Made by a program: the position numbers and the translations under genes
Assembly: GCA_964452835.1 (NCBI GenBank)
Contig: CAYVQO010000001.1
Location: forward strand, 2,270-41,281
DNA length: 39,012 nucleotides
Source: an uncultured Sphingorhabdus sp.
GTDB taxonomy: Bacteria > Pseudomonadota > Alphaproteobacteria > Sphingomonadales > Sphingomonadaceae
Direction: 5' to 3'
Shown: positions 19,934-27,438 of the stretch, piece by piece
How positions within the stretch are numbered: the stretch's first letter is position 1
Layout of the letters: each line of letters begins with the position of its first letter
The notes under the pieces: generated by a model
Databases searched by the model: none
Told to the model about the DNA's origin: nothing
What the model saw: the letters and a program-made list of their open reading frames with translations, nothing else

Positions 19934-22084
19934 TTAGAAGCTGAACCGTGCCGTTAGCCGGAAATCACGACCCGCAAGCGGCACAAAATCCTTGGTGAAC
20001 GACGCCGCCCGGCGGGCATTGACGTCGAAGATGTTGTTCGCCGCGGCAATGAAGCTGATATTGCGGTCGCGACCCCATGGACGCCAGACCAGTTCTGCAT
20101 TCACCAAAGTGAAGCCATCGGTTTCGGTCTCGAAAGCCGCATTACGCGTCTGGCTGTCGGCCCATTCAACTTCACCGCGCAAGTCGAGCGTATCGCTTTC
20201 GACACCCAGCCCCCCTAGCAAACGTAGCGGCGGGATGCGCGGTACGGGACCGCCACCATTGCTGATGGAGGCGCGGACATAATCAGCGACGCCGTCGAAA
20301 ACGACATCAAAGATACCGATCTTGGCCACGCGTGCCGTAATATTGGCCTCTGCCCCATAGAAACGGGCATCACGCTGGAAATATTGGAAGACCGGCAAAT
20401 CATCCTCTTCTGCGCCCGTTGCATCTTCATAGATGAAGCCATCAAACCAATTGGCATAGACAGTCGCGCTTGCCTCCACTGCCGTAGTGTCCAGCCGGGC
20501 ATAAAGTTCAACATTCCAGCTTTTTTCGCTGTCCAGAGTCGGATCGCCAATTTCGAACGCCTGGGTGGCAATATGCGGGCCATCGGAAAACAGCTCTTCC
20601 GGCGCCGGTGCGCGACCGGTGCGCGATGCGTTTATCCCGAATTTCACGTCACCTGTGGTATAGCCTGCGCCTAATGCAGCCGAGATATTGTTAAAGCGGC
20701 GCTTCAGACCCAATGTCTGCGCCTCTTGCGTCACCCGGTCATAACGCAGGGCTGCCTCAAGTTGAACAGGTCCGAATTCAAATTCCTGCAACGTGAACAA
20801 GCCCAGTTGGTTGGTGCGGTTGGGTGGAACAAAGGCCTCTTCGCCAATGGCTTCAAAATCGCGGGCGATGAATTGCACGCCGCTGGCCCCACGCCAGCCA
20901 TTTTTTTCATTCTGGATGGCTTCCAACCGGCCCTCTACGCCTTGGCTTTTGAAAATAGTGCCAACTTCATCGCCTTCAAATTCGGTATGCTCATAATCGG
21001 CAAAGCCAGCGCGGAAGGCGAGTTTTTCGAGAAAGCCATTGCCTGTCATGACTTCACCGCGCAGGTCTGCGCGATATTGCCGCAGGTCGATAGAAACATT
21101 TTCCTCTTCTTCGACAACGGGCGCACCGGGAACTGGTGGGGCCGCTTCATGGTGCCCAGCGCCCGGACGCCCCGGAACACCATAGCGTGTGTCATAGACG
21201 CTGAACGATACGCCCAGATTGCCGCCACCTTCGTCGATGAAGGCTGCACCTGCACCCAGGGTCCAGTTTTCCACTGCACTGTTGGGAACGCGTCCGCGGT
21301 TGACGGCTGCTTCACGCAGTTCTTCTGCTTCTTCTATTTCACCTTCGGCCTCTTCCTCATCGGCAAGGTCGAAAACGGCATCGCGCAGGGCAGGGGAAAG
21401 CTGGAAACCCGAAATGCGCAGATCATCGCTCTTGCGGTAGCTGCCATCGATATGCACGACAAAGCGGTTGCCAATGGGCATGTCTGCCGAAACACCGCCG
21501 GACCATTCATCCGCTGCGCTGCCATAGCCGAACAGGGCATCCAAATGGACAGGCTCTTCGGGAATTTTGCGGGGAATACGTTTGTCGATGGTGTTTACCG
21601 CGCCGCCCACAGCTTGTCCGCCGAACAGCAATATGGCAGGGCCGCGTAACACTTCGATCCGCTCGGTTGTGAGTGACTCTACTGTAACAGCATGGTCCGC
21701 CGACGTGTTGGAAACGTCGACATTGCCAATACCATCGGTCAATACAAAGACCCGGTTTCCCTGAAAACCGCGCAGGACAGGGCGGGATGAACCTGGCGCA
21801 AAGCTGGTTGCTGATACACCCGGCAGCGATGTCAGTGTATCACCCAGCTGGCCTCGGCTGTCGATGGCCAGCTGTTCACCCGAAAGCGCGGATGTGCCTG
21901 CCAGCAAATCGAGCCGTTCAAAATAGGGTGCAGTAACAACGATGTCGCCTGTACGGTGGAAATCATCATCATTGGCATCGGTATCTTCGGTTGTCGCATC
22001 CTGATCCTGCGCCAATGCCGGGCTTGCGATAAGCAAGAAGGTGGAAGCCAATGCCGAGGTGGCGAATAATGGGAGAGATTTCAT
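19934..22084 (-). CDS. TonB-dependent outer-membrane receptor, ZnuD-like (probable zinc uptake)
   Basis: Signal peptide from MKSLP; TonB box DIVVTA; plug PGSSRPVLRG...SADHAV...IEVLRGPA.LLFGG.AVGGAVN; DYEHTE, GPHIAT, RIPPLR; C-terminal Phe; Zur box upstream. Confidence 0.88.
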   Translation of the reverse strand: MKSLPLFATSALASTFLLIASPALAQDQDATTEDTDANDDDFHRTGDIVVTAPYFERLDLLAGTSALSGEQLAIDSRGQLGDTLTSLPGVSATSFAPGSSRPVLRGFQGNRVFVLTDGIGNVDVSNTSADHAVTVESLTTERIEVLRGPAILLFGGQAVGGAVNTIDKRIPRKIPEEPVHLDALFGYGSAADEWSGGVSADMPIGNRFVVHIDGSYRKSDDLRISGFQLSPALRDAVFDLADEEEAEGEIEEAEELREAAVNRGRVPNSAVENWTLGAGAAFIDEGGGNLGVSFSVYDTRYGVPGRPGAGHHEAAPPVPGAPVVEEEENVSIDLRQYRADLRGEVMTGNGFLEKLAFRAGFADYEHTEFEGDEVGTIFKSQGVEGRLEAIQNEKNGWRGASGVQFIARDFEAIGEEAFVPPNRTNQLGLFTLQEFEFGPVQLEAALRYDRVTQEAQTLGLKRRFNNISAALGAGYTTGDVKFGINASRTGRAPAPEELFSDGPHIATQAFEIGDPTLDSEKSWNVELYARLDTTAVEASATVYANWFDGFIYEDATGAEEDDLPVFQYFQRDARFYGAEANITARVAKIGIFDVVFDGVADYVRASISNGGGPVPRIPPLRLLGGLGVESDTLDLRGEVEWADSQTRNAAFETETDGFTLVNAELVWRPWGRDRNISFIAAANNIFDVNARRAASFTKDFVPLAGRDFRLTARFSF

Positions 22085-22129
22085 GGTAGACCCTGTTTGG
22101 CTGATTGAAGCGCGACCCTCTAGCCTGAA

Positions 22130-22144
22130 TGTAATAGTATAACA
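22130..22144. promoter_or_regulatory. Zur box
   Basis: TGTAATA-G-TATAACA, a 7-1-7 palindrome with one mismatch to TGTTATA-N-TATAACA, about 45 bp upstream of the receptor start. Confidence 0.8.
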
Positions 22145-22278
22145 ATACCAATTGCCGCGCATTCGACGAATTGCGTCTACGTGACGATAAGGCGCGATTT
22201 CACCGCCATAGCCGAGCTATTGCGCCGTCAATCCAAGCTGCCTTGCACCAGCGTCACAAGGGCATTAGCTGTAACAGC

Positions 22279-23286
22279 ATGACATTAACTGCAACGACGC
22301 TTGATCTCATCGGCAATACCCCGCTTGTCCGGCTGAAAGGGCCAAGTGCCGAAACTGGCTGCGAGATTTACGGGAAATGCGAATTTGCCAATCCGGGAGC
22401 CTCGGTAAAGGATCGTGCCGCGCTGTTCATTGTTCGAGATGCAGAGGCGCAGGGACTGCTGAGGCCGGGGGGTACCATTGTCGAGGGAACAGCCGGCAAC
22501 ACCGGTATTGGCCTTGCTCTTGTGGGCAACGCGCTGGGCTACAAAACGATCATCGTGATGCCCGAAACGCAGAGCCGGGAAAAAATGGACACGCTTCGCG
22601 CATTGGGAGCACAGCTTGTGCTGGTTCCCGCCGCGCCCTACGCCAATCCCGGTCATTTTGTGCACACGTCCCGCCGCATTGCGGAAGAAACCGAAAATGC
22701 CATCTGGGCGAACCAGTTTGACAATATCGCTAATCGCCGAGCGCATATTGAGACGACGGCGGAGGAAATCTGGAATCAACTGGATGGCCGCGTCGATGGT
22801 TTTACCTGTGCTGCAGGAACCGGCGGAACGATCGCTGGGGTTGGCTTGGGGCTAAAAGCCAAGGATGAGAGCGTCACGATTGCGCTGACTGACCCTTATG
22901 GCGCTGCGCTCTATAACTATTATGCCTGCGGGGAATTGCGGGCCGAAGGCAATTCGGTGGCAGAAGGGATCGGGCAGGGCCGGATTACGGCCAATCTGGA
23001 TGGTGCACCTATTGACACGCAATACCGTATTTCTGACGAAGAAGGGCTAGTCTGGGTCCGTCGCCTGCTGGCGGAGGAAGGCTTGTGCCTTGGCCTGTCG
23101 TCGGGGATCAATGTGGCAGGTGCCATTGCACTTGCCCGGCAGTTAGGGCCGGGGAAACGGATTGCGACGATCCTATGCGATACCGGCTTCCGCTATCTCT
23201 CCACGCTGTACAATCCAGCATGGATGCAGTCCAAGGGGCTGCCGCCGATGCCATGGCAACTGGACAGTTTGGACGCTGCAGCGTAA
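22279..23286 (+). CDS. cysK: Cysteine synthase A (O-acetylserine sulfhydrylase family)
   Basis: IGNTPLVRL, PLP lysine in NPGASVKDR, EGTAGNTGIGL, NQFDN, GTGGT, EGIG. Start moved to the MTLT ATG. Confidence 0.92.
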   Translation: MTLTATTLDLIGNTPLVRLKGPSAETGCEIYGKCEFANPGASVKDRAALFIVRDAEAQGLLRPGGTIVEGTAGNTGIGLALVGNALGYKTIIVMPETQSREKMDTLRALGAQLVLVPAAPYANPGHFVHTSRRIAEETENAIWANQFDNIANRRAHIETTAEEIWNQLDGRVDGFTCAAGTGGTIAGVGLGLKAKDESVTIALTDPYGAALYNYYACGELRAEGNSVAEGIGQGRITANLDGAPIDTQYRISDEEGLVWVRRLLAEEGLCLGLSSGINVAGAIALARQLGPGKRIATILCDTGFRYLSTLYNPAWMQSKGLPPMPWQLDSLDAAA

Positions 23287-23295
23287 CTAAGGCTT

Positions 23296-23571
23296 ATGGT
23301 TCGCAATACAGACTCTGCGATACAGCGACTTCAGGTAGGGCTGGTGGGGCTTCTTGTCGTGCTTCTGTTCGTCAGCATAGCCAATATGCTGTCGAGCGGA
23401 GCAAAGGGTGGCGGCAAGTCTGCGACAGCGGGGGCCAGTCAGAATGGCACAGATGGTGGCAAGGCAGTGACCGAAGAACCCTTGGGTGAATTGGGCGTGA
23501 CCCCTGTTGTGCCTGAACAGCCGGACAAGCAACCGGCGAAAGCCGTACAGCCCGCAGCACCCCAGCCCTGA
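23296..23571 (+). CDS. Small single-TM hypothetical protein
   Basis: QRLQVGL.GL..V.L TM segment and an EPL.ELGV.P motif; co-oriented 9 bp after cysK. Confidence 0.7.
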   Translation: MVRNTDSAIQRLQVGLVGLLVVLLFVSIANMLSSGAKGGGKSATAGASQNGTDGGKAVTEEPLGELGVTPVVPEQPDKQPAKAVQPAAPQP

Positions 23572-23573
23572 TC

Positions 23574-24374
23574 TTGCTAAAAGCGCTCCAAATGCTGTTT
23601 ATGGGTGCCAGCAAGCGCCGGGTTTTGGCGGCGCTGCTGCTGTTATTGGCCGTGCTTGGTTCAGTATATATGCTAGGCCGCGCACGTAGCGTAGGCTCGC
23701 CTGAGGACAAAGCTCCGTTGATGCTGATGTCAAGCATATCGCTCATGTGGGGCGAGGCAGGCATAGCTGATATTGCTAAAGGACAGGCTGCGCCGTCACC
23801 GCTTTATGCGCATTTGTCAGAGCAATATCGCCTTAATGTCATCGATGATTTTCAGAAGCTAGGCCGACCTGGTGCAGTGCCCTTGCTGCTCATCCAGCCC
23901 CGTGCGCTTGCACCGCGTGAGCTGGTGGAACTGGATGGCTGGATCAGAAATGGCGGCAAGGCGATAATATTTGCCGATCCCGCGCTTGATTGGCCCAGCG
24001 ACCTGCCAATTGGTGACCAGCGCCGTCCGCTTTTTACCTCGTTGCTGACCCCCATGTTCCGGCATTGGGGCGTTGAGTTGGCATTACCGGTTGGCGCTGA
24101 TGTTGAGGACAAGGATATCACGGTCGATGACTACCGGCTTTCCCCCAAATCGGCCGGTATTTGGTTGAAAGCCAATGGAAAGGCATCTGCAGGTTGTGAC
24201 ATTAGCGAGGATCAGTTCCTAGCGACTTGCAAAGTGGGCAAGGGCACGGCGTTGCTGATCGCCGACGCTGACGTGCTTTATGAAGAGCACTGGACCGGTG
24301 GTTTTGGTAAATCTGGCACCATCGATTGGCTTGATGCGATTATTCTCGGCGATCCTGCCACAGCGAAGCGCTGA
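23574..24374 (+). CDS. Membrane-anchored hypothetical protein with GldG/ABC-auxiliary-like domain
   Basis: N-terminal TM segment; LLLIQPRAL.P.ELVELD.WIRNGGKA..FADP; VGKG.ALLIADAD. Start is uncertain (23574, 23592 or 23601). Confidence 0.65.
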   Translation: MLKALQMLFMGASKRRVLAALLLLLAVLGSVYMLGRARSVGSPEDKAPLMLMSSISLMWGEAGIADIAKGQAAPSPLYAHLSEQYRLNVIDDFQKLGRPGAVPLLLIQPRALAPRELVELDGWIRNGGKAIIFADPALDWPSDLPIGDQRRPLFTSLLTPMFRHWGVELALPVGADVEDKDITVDDYRLSPKSAGIWLKANGKASAGCDISEDQFLATCKVGKGTALLIADADVLYEEHWTGGFGKSGTIDWLDAIILGDPATAKR

Positions 24375-24558
24375 TCATGATATTGATCCTTTGGCAGCCG
24401 CAATGCTGAAAAGCGCCGGGGACAGCAGCTATCCCTAATGGATTCGTAAATGCTATCCCCGACGGAGTGGGCTGTTTTGGGGAGTGCCGCAACAGCCGGG
24501 TCGCAAAGCTGTTTTGGCTCATAAATGACCGGTCATGCGTGACGAAGGTCACACCGAT

Positions 24559-24918
24559 TTAGCGCCAAACCGAGCCCGCAGTCGATATTTTGGCTCTTTC
24601 ATGATCTTGCTCATGCTCTGCCATCCAGCGAATTCGTTCAAGAAGTGGAGTGGCAATTGGCTCATCAAAATGGATGCCGCAGCGCTGCCCTTTGACCCAT
24701 TTAATGGTTCCAAAGGCTTCGGTCCGGTCGATCTTCAAAATCGCGGCTGTGCCAATACGCAGCGGTTCAGTGGCATGGATTCGGCATCCCTTACGTGAGA
24801 TGTTTTCGAGGAGGCAGCGAATATTGCGGCCGGGCAGCAGCAGCGCGGCGTCCAGGCTGGTTGTAAGTCGCGCGGCCGCACGATTGCCAAGTTTGCCAAA
24901 GGGTTTCTTCGCAAGCAT
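24559..24918 (-). CDS. Stand-alone PilZ-domain protein (putative c-di-GMP receptor)
   Basis: RxxxR (RAAAR) and [D/N]xSxxG (NISRKG) motifs, plus W...CGIHF. Start placed at the ATG of MLAKKP. Confidence 0.85.
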   Translation of the reverse strand: MLAKKPFGKLGNRAAARLTTSLDAALLLPGRNIRCLLENISRKGCRIHATEPLRIGTAAILKIDRTEAFGTIKWVKGQRCGIHFDEPIATPLLERIRWMAEHEQDHERAKISTAGSVWR

Positions 24919-24941
24919 CTTATCGTGATCGCACAAAGGCC

Positions 24942-24957
24942 GTGAATAAATCGTTAG
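24942..24957 (-). promoter_or_regulatory. Possible CtrA site upstream of the PilZ gene
   Basis: Minus strand CTAA-N7-TTCAC, two mismatches to TTAA-N7-TTAAC, about 25 bp before the start codon. Confidence 0.3.
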
Positions 24958-24989
24958 ACGTGTAAAAGGTCTTCAATGCCACATCGACC

Positions 24990-25028
24990 AAAACGATAAA
25001 TGGGCGCTGGTATTGCTACCAGCGCCCA
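24990..25028 (-). terminator. Intrinsic terminator hairpin
   Basis: Perfect 12-bp stem TGGGCGCTGGTA/TACCAGCGCCCA with a GCAA loop on the minus strand, followed by UUUAUCGUUUU. Confidence 0.8.
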
Positions 25029-25330
25029 CTGCGCCTGAATTTGGAAGTCCTTTGCTACAAGAGCAATTCTTTCCTGTTTCTGGCGTCCGGTTCCCCGGCG
25101 GCCCCGAGGGACCGTCGGTTCACCAAACTGCTGTCGGTTTGTCACCCGGCGTTGGTCTTGGCGGTGAGGCTTCAACCCGCACTTGGCTTCAGTTTTCCTG
25201 CAGCGACCGTCTCTTCCTGTCTCTTCCGCTTGCGCTTCTGATCCGTTCCGATCCGGTATCCGATAGCTCTGCTGCCGTTCCAACGCTTCCCCGAAGGTCC
25301 GCTTTTTCGTGGCGGCATCACTGCCTGACA
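24990..25330 (-). ncRNA. Putative ~330-340 nt structured non-coding RNA, family not recognised
   Basis: Several helices with cUUCGg and GCAA tetraloops on the minus strand, strong A>U bias, 14 GGA motifs and its own terminator. No credible ORF. The 5' end is an estimate from a weak promoter match. Confidence 0.6.
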
Positions 25331-25379
25331 ATTGAAAGGTCTCACTCACGGCTGAGTCGCACAACAATTTTATGACGAG

Positions 25380-25412
25380 TTATCCACAGGCCGAGGGCTT
25401 TGCGGTGGATAA
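25380..25412. promoter_or_regulatory. Pair of inverted DnaA boxes
   Basis: TTATCCACA (25380-25388, perfect) and GGTGGATAA (25404-25412; reverse complement TTATCCACC, one mismatch). Confidence 0.7.
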
Positions 25413-25477
25413 AAAAGCGGAGAAGACAGAGCCTATTGTTGGCACGCAATTATCGGATTCTGGCGGGCAACTTTCGC

Positions 25478-25597
25478 ACAAACGAAGACGGCCTCCACGC
25501 CGTGCATGAAGGCCGTTCGTTATGACGGGCGGGCGGGGGGAGAGGAGGAGAGATGCCCGAGCCGTCAAATGTCGAAGCGACTGTGCCGCTGTCGTTG
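25478..25597 (-). ncRNA. Putative trans-acting sRNA with anti-Shine-Dalgarno loop
   Basis: Stem UGACGG/CCGUCA plus GGGC/GCCC presents the loop AUCUCUCCUCCUCUCCCCCC. It is followed by a 13-bp hairpin (two U-G pairs on the minus strand) and CUUCGUUUGU. The 5' end is approximate. Confidence 0.6.
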
Positions 25598-25667
25598 AGT
25601 TGCATTTGGCGATTAATTGATTTTTGTGCAATTGCGAAAAGAACAAGAGTGGTTGCAAGGAATGCAA

Positions 25668-26642
25668 CTAGGTATGATTTGTCTCTATCGCTATACGGCC
25701 AAAAGCGGTTCGAACTTGAAGGCAGCGTAGTGCCTCCAGCCCCGCCGAGAGCGGGAAACGTGCCCCGATATTGGGCTTCAGGCCCATTGCAGCCAGCGCA
25801 TCGATTGTGCTGATATTCTCAGCGCCCAGATCGGGAAACCGCCGACCATATTCTCCCGCACGCACGCCTATTATCGAAAAGCCCTTGATCAGGGGATAAT
25901 TGACGCTGATCTGAGGGATCCGTCCGCTGGTAAAGCCAATTACCAAATAGCGCCCGCCAAAACCCATGCAGCGGACCGACCAGCCGAACAGGTCGCCGCC
26001 TACTGGATCAAAGCACAGGTCAACGCCGCTCGGGCTGATCGCTTTCACCTGATCGCGCAGGTCTTCGTCCGGGCTGAGAACATGGTCGGCAAAGTTGCGC
26101 AGCCATTCGCGCTTATCAGAGCTTGTCGAGGTTGCAATTACTCGCGCACCCAAATGCCGGGCCAGCAAAACCGCGGCATGGCCAACGCCGCCTGCTGCGC
26201 CATGGACAAGGACCGTTTCTCTCGCCTTTATCTGCCCCAGCCGAACCAACGCGACATAGGCTGTCAGCATGCCTGCCGTGTGCGCAGCACCCTCGGCATA
26301 GTCCAGGCCAGCGGGCAGCGGTCTGATGCTGTGCGATGGAGCTACCCGATATTCGGCAAAGGCCCCGGATTTCCCGCCGACAATCACTTTGTCCCCAGCC
26401 TTCACGCCGCAGACATCCGGCCCCACTTCGATCACATCGCCTGCGCTTTCCATACCAACGATAAAGGGCATTTCGGGGCGATGCTGATATTTCCCTTCGG
26501 TCATCAAAAGATCGGGGAAATTCACGCAAGCCGCACGATTGGCGACGAGCACGTCATGCGGGCCGAGCGGGGGAATAGCGACGTCCGCAAGCGCAACGCC
26601 CGACAGGTCAGGCGTCAGCGCATCGCAGACAAGCGCTTTCAT
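25668..26642 (-). CDS. NADPH:quinone oxidoreductase family protein (MDR, zeta-crystallin-like)
   Basis: VNFPDLL...GKYQ.RP..PF..GME.AG, VLVHGAAGGVG, DPVGG, VIGFTSG. The start MKALVC overlaps the SDR stop. Confidence 0.9.
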   Translation of the reverse strand: MKALVCDALTPDLSGVALADVAIPPLGPHDVLVANRAACVNFPDLLMTEGKYQHRPEMPFIVGMESAGDVIEVGPDVCGVKAGDKVIVGGKSGAFAEYRVAPSHSIRPLPAGLDYAEGAAHTAGMLTAYVALVRLGQIKARETVLVHGAAGGVGHAAVLLARHLGARVIATSTSSDKREWLRNFADHVLSPDEDLRDQVKAISPSGVDLCFDPVGGDLFGWSVRCMGFGGRYLVIGFTSGRIPQISVNYPLIKGFSIIGVRAGEYGRRFPDLGAENISTIDALAAMGLKPNIGARFPLSAGLEALRCLQVRTAFGRIAIETNHT

Positions 26643-27436
26643 CAGGGCGCGATGCCGTTTCCGGGAAGCGAAGCGTTCACAATGCCGCCATCGCAAACCA
26701 CGGTTTCGCCAACAATATAGTCGCCAGCGCGGGCGGCGAGGAAAATAGCGAGGCCTGCCATATCCTCAGGCGTGCCTACCCTCGGAAAGGGGATATTCTT
26801 GCCCACGGCATCGGCATGGTCGCGCGCTGCCTTGTTCATGTCAGATTGGAAAGCGCCCGGGGCAATGCCAGTGACCTGAATATTGTCGCCGATCAGCTCT
26901 GCGGCAAGGCGACGTGTCAAGTGGACCACAGCTGCCTTTGACGCCTGATAGGCAAAGGTGGGCCAGGGGTTGATTTTGTAGCCGTCAATCGATGCAATGT
27001 TGATTACTTTTGCCGGGCGTTCAAAAGTCGCTGCTGCTTTCAGCTGCGGGTGCAGGGCCTGCGTCAGGAAGAACAAGCCCTTTACGTTCAGGTCAAAAAC
27101 CCGGTCCCACTGCGCGTCGGTGACTGTGCCAAACTCTGCGCCCCAGGCGGCACCGGCATTGTTGACCAATATGTCGATCTTTTCTTCACGCTCGGCAATT
27201 TGTGCGGCCAGGCTGGTGCAGCCTTCGACAGTTGAAAGATCACAAGGCAGACCAATGACTTTGTCGCCATATTCGGCCACTGTGGCCTCAATCTGGTCAA
27301 TCTTGCGGGCACTGATATAGATGCGTGAGACGCCAGCATTAAGGTAGCCTTCGACAATCATCTTGCCGATGCCGCGCGACCCGCCGGTAATGACGGCAAC
27401 CTTGTTGTCGAGGTTGAAAAGTGTTTTCAGGTCCAT
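26642..27436 (-). CDS. Short-chain dehydrogenase/reductase (RhlG-like)
   Basis: TGGSRGIG, NNAGAAWG, NIASIDG, and catalytic YQASK. Confidence 0.9.
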   Translation of the reverse strand: MDLKTLFNLDNKVAVITGGSRGIGKMIVEGYLNAGVSRIYISARKIDQIEATVAEYGDKVIGLPCDLSTVEGCTSLAAQIAEREEKIDILVNNAGAAWGAEFGTVTDAQWDRVFDLNVKGLFFLTQALHPQLKAAATFERPAKVINIASIDGYKINPWPTFAYQASKAAVVHLTRRLAAELIGDNIQVTGIAPGAFQSDMNKAARDHADAVGKNIPFPRVGTPEDMAGLAIFLAARAGDYIVGETVVCDGGIVNASLPGNGIAP

Positions 27437-27438
27437 GA

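Noticed and set aside
20726-21649. Long antisense ORFs (also 16528-17217, 18674-19462, 32697-33554, 37674-38465)
   Set aside because: Shadow frames opposite well-supported genes in GC-rich DNA, with no recognisable domains.
24990-25330. tmRNA, RNase P RNA, SRP RNA or a riboswitch
   Set aside because: No ANDN...AA tag frame or tRNA-like ends, no GAGGAAAGUCC, no SRP GGAAG...AGCAG domain in the right context, and no cobalamin or TPP consensus.
24954-25375. ORFs 24954-25367 (-, 137 aa) and 25013-25375 (+, 120 aa)
   Set aside because: TTG starts without an RBS, no recognisable domain, and both overlap a strong terminator hairpin. The open frames are explained by U-depletion on one strand and A-depletion on the other.
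25370-25670. Chromosomal origin of replication
   Set aside because: Only two DnaA boxes, no clear unwinding element next to them, and none of the usual origin-flanking genes (hemE, dnaA, parAB). Not fully excluded without GC-skew data.
25553-25813. 86-aa ORF behind GAGGAGGAGAG (possible type I toxin with antisense RNA)
   Set aside because: It overlaps the oxidoreductase gene in antisense and has no TM helix or toxin-like composition. The purine tract is better explained as the complement of an sRNA loop.
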